Source: Hypanus sabinus
Taxonomy: Eukaryota
Direction: 5' to 3'
Assembly (NCBI RefSeq): GCF_030144855.1
Contig: NC_082717.1
Location: forward strand, 5,394,001 to 5,458,000
Length of the DNA: 64,000 nt
Shown in pieces: positions 26,277-37,739 of the stretch; the stretch's first letter is position 1, and every line of letters starts with the position of its first letter. The notes beneath the pieces were generated by a model that searched no databases, was not told where the DNA came from, and saw only the letters and a list, made by a program, of their open reading frames with translations. A program made the position numbers and the translations under genes.

Positions 26277-29200
26277 CATAGAACCATAGAACATTACAGC
26301 ACAGAAACAGGCCTTTTGGCCCTTCTTGACTGTGCCAAACCATTTTTCTGCCTAGTCCCACTGACCTGCACCTGGGCCATATACCTCCAAACCCCTCTCA
26401 TGCATATACTTGCCCAAGTTTTTCTTAAATGTCAAAAGTGAGCCCAGATTCACCACTTCATCTGGCAGCTCATTCCACACTCCCACCACTCTCTGTGAAG
26501 AAGACCCCCTCCCAATGTTCCCTTTAAACTTTTCCCCCTTCACCCTTAACCCATGCCCTCTGTTTTTATTCTCCCCTGGCCTCAGTGGAAAAAGCCTGCT
26601 TGCATTCACTCTATCTATACCCATCATAATTTTATACATCTGTAACTCAGTTTCTCAAGTCCCGGCAACATCCTTGTAAACCTTCTCTGCACTCTTTCAA
26701 CCTTATTAATATCCTTTCTGTAATTAGGTGACCAAAACTGCACACAGTACTCCAAATTCAGTCTCACCAATGTCTTATACAACCTCACCATTACATTCCA
26801 ACTCTTATACTCAATACTTTGATTTATAAAGGCCAACGTACCCGAAGCTCTCTTTACAACCCTATCTACTTGTGATGCCACTTTTAGGGAATTATGTATC
26901 TGTCCTCCCAGATCCCTCTGTTCTACTGCACTCCTCAGTGTCCTACCATTTACCTTGCATGTTCTACCTTGGTTGGACCTTCTGAAGTGCAATACTTCAC
27001 ACTTGCTTGCATTAAACTCCATCTGCCTTTTAAACTCCATTCTTCCAACTGGTCTAAATCCCTCTGCAAGCTTTAAAAACCTTCCTCACTGTCCACTACA
27101 CCTCCAATCTGTGTATCATCAGCAAATTTGCTGATCCAATTTGCCACATTATCATCCAGATCATTGATATAGATGACAAATAACAAAGGACCCAGCACTG
27201 ATCCCCGTGGCACACCACTAGTCACAGGCCTTCACTCAGGGTAGCAATCCTCCACTACCACTCTCTGGCTTTTTCCATTGAGCCAATGTCTAATCCAATT
27301 TACTACCTCTCCATGTATACCTAGCGACTGAATCTTCCTAACTAACCTCCCATGTGGGACCTTGTCAAAGTCCTTACTGAAGTCCATGTATACAACATCC
27401 ATTGCCTTCCCTTCATCCACTTGCCTGGTAACTTCTTCAAAAACTCTAATAGATTGGTGAAACATGACCTACCATGCACAAAGCCATGCTGACTGGTTCT
27501 AATAAGTCCCTGTCTACCCAAATACTTGTTGATCCTATCTCTTAGTATTCCTTCCAATAAATTACCTACTACTGATGTCAAACTTACCGGCCTATAATTT
27601 CCCTGCTTACTTTTTGAGACTTTTTTTAAACAACGGAACTACATGAGCTGTCCTCCAATCCCCCAGCACCTGACCCATGGATATCGACATTTTAAGTATT
27701 TCGGCCAGGGCCCCTGCAATTTCAACACTAGTCTCCCTCAAGGTCCGAGGGAATACCCTGTCAGGTCCTGGGGATTTATCTACTCTGATTTGCCTCAAGA
27801 CAGCAAGCACCTCCTCCTCTTTAATCTGTATAAGTTCCATGACCTCCCTACTTGTTTGCCTTGTTTCCATAGACTCCATTCCAGTTTCCTTAGTAAGTAC
27901 AGATGCAAAAAACCCATTTAATAGCTCTCCCATTTCTTTTGGTTCCATACATTGCCGGCCACGGTGATCTTCAACAGGACCAATTTTATCCCTTACTATC
28001 CTTTTGCTCTTAACATACCTGTAGAAGCTCTTAGGATTATCCTTCACCCTGACTGCCAAAGCAACCTCACATCTTCTTTTAGCTCTCCTGATTTCTTTCT
28101 TAAGTATTTTCTTACTCTTTTTATACTCTTCAAGCATCTTATTTCCTCCCTGTTACCTATACATGTTATACATCTCTCTCTTCTTCTTTATCCCTTCTTT
28201 TCTTTCTTTATCTTCTTCTTTTCCAATATCCCTCGAGAACCAAGATTCCTTATTCTTATTCATTTTGCCTTTAACCCTGACAGGAACATACAAACTCTGC
28301 ACTCTCAAAATTTCTCCTTTGAAGGCCGCCCACTTACCAATCACATCCTTGCCAGAGAACAACCTATCCCAATCTACACTTTTTAGATCCTTTCTCATTT
28401 CTTCAAATTTAGCCTTTTCCCACTTTAGAACTTCAACCCGAGGACCAGATCTATCTTTATCCATGATCAAGTCAACACTAATGACGTTATGATCACTGGA
28501 ACCAAAGTGTTCCTCTACACACACTTCCGTCACCTGTCCTAACTCATTTCCTAATAGGAGATCTAATATTGCATCCTCTCTAGTTGGTACATCTATATGT
28601 TGATTTAGAAAACTTTCCTGAACACATTTCACAAACTCTAATCCATCTAGGCCTTTAACAGTATGGAAGTCCCAATCAATATGCATTAAATTAAAATCCC
28701 CTACAATCACAACTTTCTGTCTCCTGCAGTTGTCTATTATCTCTCTGCAGATTTGCTCCTCCAATGTTTGCTGACTATTGGATGATCTATAATACAACCC
28801 TATTAATGAGGTCATACCTTTCCTTTTCCTCAGCTCCACCCATATGGTCTCAGTAGACAAGCCCTCTAATCTTTCCTGCCAAAGCACTGGTGTAATATTT
28901 TCCCTGACTAGCAAAGCCACACCCCCACACTTCATCCCTCTGCCTCTATCACGCCTGAAACATCGGAACCCTGGAATATTGAGCTGCCAGTCCTGCCCCT
29001 CCTGTAGCCAAGTTTCAGTAATGGCTGTGATGTCATAATTCCACGTGTCAATCCAGGCCCTCAGTTCATCTGCCTTTCCCACAATACTCCTTGCATTGAA
29101 GTATACACACCTCAGAAGATTATTACCACCACACACAACCTTACTATTTATGACTTTGCATGAACTACTAACATCATTTATTTTTACCCCCATTCCACTA

Positions 29201-29465
29201 TCTACTCAGGCACTCTGGTTCCCATCCCCCTGCAAATCTAGTTTAACCCCCCCCCCAATAACACTAGCAAACCTCCCTGCAAGTATATTGTTTCCCTTGT
29301 TGTTCAGATGTAACCCATCTCTCTTGTACAGGCCCCACCTGCCCTAGAAGAGGTCCCAATGATCTAGAAATCTGAAACCTTGCTCCCTACATCAGTTTCT
29401 CAGCCACGTGTTCATCTGCCAGAGCATCCTACTCTTACCCTCACTGACACATGGCACAGGCAGCA
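26277..29465 (-). mobile_element. CR1 LINE, near-complete ORF2 (APE + RT), frameshifted
   Basis: 28153-29193 YFNARSI...ITETWL...VGDFN...SDHN; RT pieces 27232-27581 and 26624-27040; catagaac tail repeat at about 26277. Confidence 0.9.
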
Positions 29466-29574
29466 AGCCTGAAATGTTGACTGTGCTTTTATCCACAGAT
29501 GCTGCCTGGCCTGCTGAGTTCCTCCACCTGAACCGTGATGGGACCTGGATCTTGGTGAATTGCAAAATTTGGGT

Positions 29575-29876
29575 TTGTTAGAAGTTTATTCATTTATTTA
29601 CAGATGCAGTTTGAAGTCGGCCCTTCCAGCCCATTGACCTGTGTAGACCAGCAACTACCAACAGCCCAGAACAATTTCCAATGACCAATCAACCTATCTG
29701 ATACATCATTGGACTATGGGTGGGAACCGAAGCACCCAGAGAAAACTCACGCATTCCACAGGGTGGACGTACAGCATCCTCAGAGAGGATGCTGGGATTG
29801 GATGCTGAACTCCAACATCATGAGCTGAAATAGCATCACACTAACCACTACCCAACCGTAGTGCCCAAATATATTA
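29575..29876 (-). mobile_element. tRNA-derived SINE
   Basis: Minus strand has A-box-like ggtagtggttag and B-box-like ggagttcag, followed by a conserved SINE body. Confidence 0.55.
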
Positions 29877-30467
29877 ATTTATATAATATTATGTAGGCAC
29901 AGATAGTTACCAGTGTCTTTTCCCCACTGGTGAAATGTCTCGTCCCAGAGGCCAGGCATTGAAAGTGAGAGAGGGTGATTTCAAAGGAGATACTCGGGAG
30001 AATTGTCTGGAATTCACTGCCGGGGTGGGGGTGGAGACAAACATGACAGAGATGTTCATGTTTGGATAGAGACATGAAGTGGCAGGAAGTGGAGGGATAT
30101 GGACATTGTGTGGGCAGAAGTGATTAGTTTCACTGGGCATTTGATTGTAAATTTTAATTATTTCAACACATCAAGTCTGAAGGGTCTGCTCCAGTATAGT
30201 ATTGTTCTGTGTCTGACGTTCAAAATGACATTGAAGGGAACGAAGGGATATGGATGATACACAGGAGGAGGACATTTAGTACAAATTGTCGCCAATGTCA
30301 GCACAGCATTGTGGGCTGAATGGCCTGTCCAGTGATGTCTTGTTCTATGTTGTAACAACTGGATTCTGATCACATTTCACCCACTCGATCTTGACCTCCC
30401 ACCAGGGTTGGTTCCCCCTGATAGAAACACCCCAAATGTTGTCTCTGGTGAAATTCTTGTCTCACAC

Positions 30468-30617
30468 GTTGAATGAGTAGAATGTCTGGGCCTTAAACTT
30501 TTCCACGTCTGATGAGTGTGTCTGTGCAGAAATCCATCCGGGGTTCCTCCCCTCCAGGTAAGGCCACACAGACGATTCCCACTGTGGTTCAGCTGGTAGA
30601 CGGTGGTTTATTGTCAG
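30468..30617 (-). pseudogene. Possible decayed TM-exon paralog or alternative last exon
   Basis: Strong acceptor ttgtttttgttacag|, donor |gtgtga; 150 nt, phase 1-1, two stops. Shares CTCATCAGACG (LIRR) in frame with the functional TM exon. Confidence 0.3.
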
Positions 30618-31246
30618 CTGTAACAAAAACAAGTTGTGTGAGGTGAGCCAGTGAAGAATGGGAGAGTTAAACTGAGTGGCAGACACTGCCTGAGTGGTTT
30701 TCCCGAGTCTCTGACCATCAGGGATTTGGGTCTCTGGGCTGAGTCACCTCTGCTGGCCCTGAGCATGAACCTGTGGTCAGAGATAATGAATTTGTCAACA
30801 TGACCATCATCCCAGGCCACTGATGGATGCAGGGTGCTGAGGGCAGAAGCACCCATGGGTGGGGGACTCTATCAGCACACAATGCTACTGGACTCTTATC
30901 AGTGGCCCGGAACAGAAAATGCAAAGTAGATGTGGAGAACAGACCACTCAGTCCCTCCAATCCGTTCTGTCACTTGATCAGATAGTGACCGATGGGTTTC
31001 AGCTCTAATCAACTTTCACAGTCCAAAACCAGCAAATTCCAACCGTTTCCAAACGGGAATTCCCACATGCGCTGGGATAGTGTTGCACATCTCCATGGCA
31101 ACACCAGTGTGTTTCCAGAGCAGCTGGGCTATGGTGATGTTGTACAGTTGCCCCACGTTCTGGATTCCCCATGAGAACAAATGGTTTCTCAACATCCATC
31201 AGAATGGACTCCATTGACATTGGCAGCTCCGCTCATATCACATTCA

Positions 31247-31557
31247 GGTGTGGGATCTCCAGTGTACAGGAACACAAGAGGATCAGTGATATCACACCTA
31301 GTTGTCCATCATTCTGGTGTGGGATCTCCAGTGTACAGGAACACAAGGGGATCAGTGAGGTCACACCTAGTTGTCCATCATTCTGGTGTGGGATCTCCAG
31401 TGTACAGGAACACAAGGGGATCAGTGAGGTCACACCTAGTTGTCCATCATTCTGGTGTGGGATCTCCAGTGTACAGGAACACAAGAGGATCAGTGATATC
31501 ACACCTAGTTGTCCATCATTCTGGTATGTGATCTCCAGTGTACAGGAACACAAGAGG
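31247..31557. repeat. 69-bp tandem repeat (~4.5 copies) inside a Rex1-like fragment
   Basis: Unit tggtgtgggatctccagtgtacaggaacacaagaggatcagtgatatcacacctagttgtccatcattc; the last copy runs into Rex1-like HKRLQR...IENIYKRRCL. Confidence 0.9.
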
Positions 31558-32568
31558 CTACAGAGAGAACAGGACTCAACGAATTCCATCATGAGTACAG
31601 CTCTCCTCACCATTGAGAACATCTACAAGAGAAGATGTCTCAGGGAGGTGCCATCCATCAGAGAACCCCACCATCCAGCTGTATCTTCCACTTAATGCTG
31701 TCTTCAGGTAGCAGGCACAGGAGCCTGAAGTTACACACATCGAGGTGCAACAACAGCTTCTCCCCACTGTCATCGAGGTCCTGAATACATCCGGTTGTGG
31801 TTCCTCTCCATGGCTCGTTGCGCTTCAGATGGCAATATAGCCATTTCGTTAACATTTATCTGTTTTTCATAGGTTGAGTTGTCAGCTGAGCACTCCACTG
31901 TGCACGGATGGGAAGTGTGCAAGGAACCAGCCAAATTCAAACCTGGGACTATTTGATTGAAGTCCAGTGCTGATACCACTACACCATTGACCAGCTTAAA
32001 GAAACTTGAACTTGAAAATAAACTCTTCTAACCTGTTGAAACTGTCTAAACTGAGAGCACTGCAATCTAATTGTGCAAGTGGCTGGGAACATCGAACCCT
32101 GCCTCATCTTGCCAGTAGACCTGGTTCAGATGACAATGTGAGCTTGCTCAGGGATTGATGTCCTTTCCCCGAAGTCTCCATGAGGAGTTACTGATGGATC
32201 CTGAAGAGGATGGCGAGTGTGAGTGGGAGGTTTGCCTCAGTCATCACCTTCCAAATTCCAGCAACTCATGTAACAGCTCCTGTTGGAAAAATCAGGGACA
32301 ACACTTGCTCAGCCTTGAAACCAATGGAGGTCTTTTAGATTCTCAGCTTTGCCAGGACTGTGAGGATGTGTGTACACGGCTGAGTGACCTGATTCAGTAA
32401 AAGGTGTGAATTCACACCCTGGTCCCATTGGTCATCAGACTGAGCTCCCGCTGACCCATTACCACACTGGGCTCATTGCTCACTGGGTGTTCCATCTAAA
32501 GACTTCTCCACATTCCCAACTCTTCCACAGCAGTTGATATGGTTTAGTCACCCTGTCCAAAGATGTTG

Positions 32569-32619
32569 CTACGTACCTTGGAGATGACCGTAGATGGACT
32601 GAGTGGGACGTTGCAGAGC
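32569..32619 (-). CDS. Cytoplasmic exon 3 (second half of ITAM); stop by read-through or after further splicing
   Basis: Acceptor tttctgtgttctctactag| after a 90-nt intron; ALQRPTQSIYGHLQGT* (TAG 32571-32569). An internal donor CAAG|gtacgt at 32576 could alternatively be used. Confidence 0.82.
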   Translation of the reverse strand, partial: ALQRPTQSIYGHLQGT

Positions 32620-32709
32620 CTAGTAGAGAACACAGAAATGGTGTGAACAGCAGCTTGACAGCTGATGCTGTGGGAAAAGCTTCAATGTTCCAGAGGTGAC
32701 CTTCCTTAC

Positions 32710-32754
32710 CATGTAGGTGTTGTTTGAATCGACCCCCTGGTGACCTCTTGAAAC
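32710..32754 (-). CDS. Cytoplasmic exon 2 (first half of ITAM)
   Basis: Acceptor gtgttccgtcgtag|, donor ATG|gtaagg; 45 nt, phase 0-0; VSRGHQGVDSNNTYM. Confidence 0.82.
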
Positions 32755-32782
32755 CTACGACGGAACACAATTGAATCTTTAC

Positions 32783-33680
32783 AAACAAGAGAAAAATCTG
32801 CAGATGCTGGAAATCCAAGTAACACGCACAAAATGCTGGAGGAAATCAGCAGGCCAGGCAGTATCTATGGAAAAAAGTACAGTTGACATTTCCGCCTGAG
32901 ACCCTTTATCAGGCCTGGAGAAGAAAAGATGAGGAGTAGTGGGGGGAGTGGATAAAGAAACACTGGATGATGGAAGAAACTAGGAGGGGTGGTGGGGAGA
33001 AGTAAAGAGTTACAGGTCTGGTGAAGAGGGAATCTGATAGGAAAGGACATTTCCATTCCGACATGTTAGTCTGAAGTCACTCTACTGTCACGATGAGACC
33101 ACACTCAGGTTGGAGAACCAACACCTTATATTCCACTTGGGTGCCTCCAACCTCTTGTGATCCTCCCACGTTCCTTTCTTCCATGGCCTTCTGTCCTCTC
33201 GTCTTTGATTCCAATCCCCATTCCAATTCCAACTTGTTGATCCATGGCCGTCTTTACTACAATGATGAGGCCACTCTCAGGTTGAAGGAGAATCACCTCA
33301 TATTCCATCTGGGCAGACTCCAAACTGATGGCGAGAACAATGATTTCTCTATATTCTGGTCAATTCTCACACCCCACTTCCCTGTTCTTCCATTCCCCAC
33401 TCCGGCTCTCTTCTTACCTCCTTATTTGCCTACCACCTCTTCCTGTGAGTCTTCAGTCCTTTAGCTTTTCCACCGACACCACTCAGCTACTCATTGCATC
33501 CCCCTCCCCCACTCACTTGGCTTCAACAATCACCTTCCAGCTTATTCCCCCCCCCCCACTTATCTTTTCATTGTGGCTTCTTCTCCCTTTCAAGGGCTGA
33601 TGAAGGGCCTCGGCCTGAAGCTCCCACCTTTCCATAGATACTGCCTGACCTGCAGAGTTTCTCCAGCATTTCATGTGTGT
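32783..33680. mobile_element. Penelope tail/GIY-YIG fragments in both orientations
   Basis: Reverse tail 32783-33050; YNDEATLRLKENHLIFHLG and forward tail to about 33680. Lies within intron Cyt1-Cyt2 of the receptor. Confidence 0.7.
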
Positions 33681-33944
33681 TGCTTGGGATTAGTTTCATG
33701 TGGCATTTGAGTTGGCACAGCCATGATGGGCAGAAGGGCCTGTTCCTGTGCTGCAGAGCTGTACGGTCTGTGGTCAATATCCAGGAACAGTTACACCACA
33801 TACAGTTGCAAATCATTCAGACATTGCAGAAATATTCACTGAACCACAATATCACTGGGGAATATCCCTGACGTAAGAAGCCATGAACATACCAGTGCGA
33901 TCCCCACACAATCCTACTTCTCTGAGAAAAGTACCAGAACTCAC

Positions 33945-34018
33945 CGGGACACCCCTGGTCATGGAAACATTTTCATAATCTGCCCCTGGGCTCCGGTGAT
34001 CAGTTGCTGTGGGTGGGT
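33945..34018 (-). CDS. Cytoplasmic exon 1 with YENV motif
   Basis: Acceptor atttcacag|, donor CCG|gtgagt; 74 nt, phase 1-0; (H)PPTATDHRSPGADYENVSMTRGVP; 139-nt intron from the TM exon. Confidence 0.85.
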
Positions 34019-34157
34019 CTGTGAAATAGAGTATAAAGTATCATTAACATTGTGTCACAACACAACAACAGGCTCTTTCACAATCAGTCCCCGACCGTTA
34101 CATTTTAATAACTCCACACAACAATCGGATCAGAATGAACCATTTAGTCACACGTAC

Positions 34158-34277
34158 GGGACGGGTGGTTTCTAAACGCTCTGCGTCTGATGAGGAAAAT
34201 GCCTCCAGTGACAGCGAGAACTCCCAGCACGACAGCCACAATGATCCAGGCCAGGTACGATGGGGCTCGGGACATCT
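34158..34277 (-). CDS. Transmembrane exon of the VJ receptor
   Basis: Acceptor tttctgttcctcaaacag|, donor |gtacgt; 120 nt, phase 1-1. MSRAPSYLAWIIVAVVLGVLAVTGGIFLIRRRAFRNHPS: 23 hydrophobic residues, no charged residue, RRR stop-transfer. Not in the ORF track frame. Confidence 0.88.
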
Positions 34278-35342
34278 CTGTTTGAGGAACAGAAAGGAAA
34301 TCACATCAGTGGGTAAACATCTGGGAAGCTCACTGTCAGTGTAGAAAGAATCCATTCGGCCCATCCTCCTCTGCCAGCTCTTTGAAAAAGGTGATCACTG
34401 ATCCCAGTCCCCTCATTCCCCAGAGTCCTGTGAAAAGTTCTTTACAAGCATTTACCCAATCCCTGAAGGAATGATGTTGTTCCAGCTGCTGCACCGACTG
34501 ACCCAGTGGGTGACTGAATAAAGCACAACCCTCAGAGACATCCTGTTCCTCGTTGCCGTCTCACTGGAGACCAGAATTCCAGTAAGGTATCGTTACTCTT
34601 GTACTCAAATCTGTCCCACAATAATGAACAAGGGGTTACTTTCTGAATCACCAGCTGTACCTGCATGCTGGGTTTGATCTTTGCGTACAAGGCCACCCAG
34701 ATTCCCCAGGACATGAACATCCCTCAGTCTCTCTCCATTCAAAAATTACACTGTTTCTATTGTTCCTCCCAAGAGAATGATCTCACATTTGTCCACATGA
34801 TATTCCAACTGTCTTCACCTTGCACATTCACTCCGTGTGTCTACATCCCCGAACGTCTCTGCACCCTCCTGACCAATCACATTGCCACCACCTCTGCATC
34901 CCCAACAGGCTTGGATACACTTGGTCCCCTCATTGATACAGATTGTCAGAGTTGGGGCCCAGCCCTGATCCAAGCCACTACTGACAGTCTTTCAGCCAGA
35001 CAATCACCCTCTCTTCCCATTCCTTGTTCTCTGGATTGTGCTCATTTCCATAGACGCTGCCTGGTCTGCTGAGTTCCTCCAGCATTTTGTGGGAATTGAA
35101 CCTCGATCACTGGCACTGTAAATCGTTATGCTACCCACCACACTACCATGTCACAGGATTGAAAAATTTACTAATGTTAATGTACACAACATCCACTTCC
35201 CAACTCTCCATTATCTTCATCACCTGCTTAGAAAACTCAATCGAGCTGTTGAGATGTGACTTTCCCCACACAATATTATGCTTACTATATCTAATAAATC
35301 CATTCAGGAACACACTGCTGAATAAATAGAACTTGTACTCAC

Positions 35343-35684
35343 TGGTTACGATGAGCTGGGTGCTGTTCCCATCGATGTCTCCCCATACTCTGCAGTAATA
35401 GATGGCAGAATCACTGTGCACCACGTCAGTGACCGTCAGGGTGAAGCTGCTGTTGGACGTGTCTCTGTAGGACTGGAACCTCTCAGTGAAACCCCGTCCC
35501 CACTCTGGGCTGCCTCCTGACCTGTGTGTTAGAACCAGCTTGTCCTGCCCAGGTAGTTTCCGATACCAGTGGAGGTCAGTCTTTTCCGGCCTGGCTTTGC
35601 TCATGGTACACCATAACCACGCTGTGTGACCCTCAGTGACACGCTGTATGCTCGGGGACTGGATAAGGACAGGAACATCTGCAC
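35343..35684 (-). CDS. Ig V-set exon (V1b), close paralog of V1a; candidate membrane-proximal domain
   Basis: Acceptor ttctcctttacag|GTGCAG, donor GTAACCA|gtgagt; 342 nt, phase 1-1, open. ...DSAIYYCRVWGDIDGNSTQLIVT. Confidence 0.9.
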
Positions 35685-37739
35685 CTGTAAAGGAGAATAT
35701 TATCACTTCAATCCCAGCTTGAGGGGTAGAGGACAGAGTTGCTGTGTTTGGAATGTGGTTTTGAAAAGTGTTCCTGAGACACAGAGGTAGAGAGAACAAG
35801 TCCTGTCTACAAAATTCCACTGAAAGCTGAGGGTAGGAGCCAAATCTCCACTGCGTGTGATATATGTTTTGAAGGTGCACCATGGTGGAGGGACATTGTG
35901 TCATGTGGTTGTATACAGCATAAGTTTACAGTCAAATCACAATAAACTTAAACTTGAACTATTACTAAGGCAAAGGTGCTTGTGACACTGAAAGGTATGA
36001 AAGTAGGTAAGTCATCTGGACCACATGGTCAACACCCGAGAGTTCTGAAAATGGTGGCTGAAGAGATTGCAGAGGCATTAGTAATGATCTTTCAAGATTC
36101 ACTAGATTCTGAAATGGTTCTGGAAGACTGTAAAATTGTAAATGTCACTGTGTTTATTCCCGCTCTTTGCCTCCTGCCAATCAGTCAATTCTCACTCCAT
36201 GATAGTATCTTTCCTGAAATACCATGGGCTCTTATCTTGTTAATCAGCCTCATGTGGAGCTTGTCAAAGGCCTTCTGAAAATCTGAAGGCTCAATATACA
36301 CCAATTCTCCTTTCTCTACCCTGCCTGTTATTTCCTCAAATAATTCCTCAGATCTGTCAAGCAGGATATCCCCTCAAGGAAATCGTGCACACTTTGGCCT
36401 GGTATCCTGGTATCATGTGCCTCCAAGTAGCCCAAAACCTGGTCCTTAATAAAGGACTCCAACATCTTCCCAACCGCTGAAGTCAGGCTAACTGGCCTAT
36501 AATTTCCTTTCTTTTGCTTCTATCCCTTCTTAAAGAGTGGATTGATATTTCTGAGCCACTTATCCAAGAAATAATGTTGTGCTATTGGAGAGGGGTGAAA
36601 GGAGATTCCTGCGAGGAGTCACACACAGATTGTTAAATAAACTACAGTGCCCAGTGTGAGAGGTAATATACTAATGTGGACTGTGGATTGGTTATGAACA
36701 GAAAACAGACTATTCAGAACCAGTTTCTGAAATAGCAATGGCCATTTTAGGATTGTGTGACTCTGACTGTCGGGGTATCACAGTGAATTGATCGGTGATG
36801 TCAGTGAGAGGACTGTGTGATGGATGAAGTTACTGATTTGCAGTGTGGCTATGAGGAGAATGTGGAGAGATTTCAGACAGACAGAACAGGTGAGTGAATT
36901 GTGAGATGGGAAGAATGAGATTGAAAAGTGTTGGTGTCCAGAGGAACCTGGATGTCCTACTTGTGTAATGAAGGTGATATGTAGGTATAGTGAGTAAATA
37001 TGTGATAATCGTCATGGGAAAAGGTTTCAACTACATATTTCTGTTGTGATGTGATATCCTGGTGACTGTGGATCTAGAATATTCTGTAATGGTTTATAAG
37101 GCAGTGCTCCTTCTGCAGTGTTTCCATGTGTTCCCAATGCATGGCCTCAAAGCTCTCAATACCATCCTGAATATTGCTTCCTGGGTCAAGGGCCAGTGGT
37201 TCCCAGGAGTCAGAGGAAAGCTGCACTTCTTCATGGAAACTTGCATCCTACATCCTTTTCAAGGAAAAACACTGCCGTTAATATCTCTTTAGTATTTGGC
37301 CACAGCCCATGAAATCACTCTCTCCTTTAATGTACAAGGAAATTGTGATTATACAAAGAATGAACCCATTTTCAAATTCAAATAAGGATTGCCTAACAAT
37401 CAGACTGCTCTCAAAAAGCAAAGAACTGATCACGGTGAGAAAGAGGCTGTGGATGTTGGAATCTGTCACAGAAACCAAACTTGGAAGAAGAAAGCATGCC
37501 GAAGGTTTGTCAGGAGCGTCCGAGCGGAAGGGAGGAATTTGTGACGCTTCAATCTGGGATCCTGTATCAGAACTGAGAGTGCAGAGGGAAGACAGCCAGA
37601 ATAAAGGGATCAAGGGACACGTGAGATGGAGAGACAGGTGAGATGGAGGCTAGAAGGTGATAGGAGTCACTGATGAAAATCTAAAACAAAAGCCACATTC
37701 AATAGTGCTGTACGGAAGTCAGAGGTAGAGGGACTAAAC

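Noticed and set aside
31171-31695. 174-aa and 116-aa repetitive ORFs
   Set aside because: Products of the 69-bp repeat within a Rex1 remnant.
37278-37613. Hydrophobic minus-strand ORF resembling a signal peptide or second TM between V2 and V1b
   Set aside because: Start is TTG inside a Penelope tail remnant, there is no convincing donor, and the hydrophobic stretch is broken by Glu, Ser and Arg.
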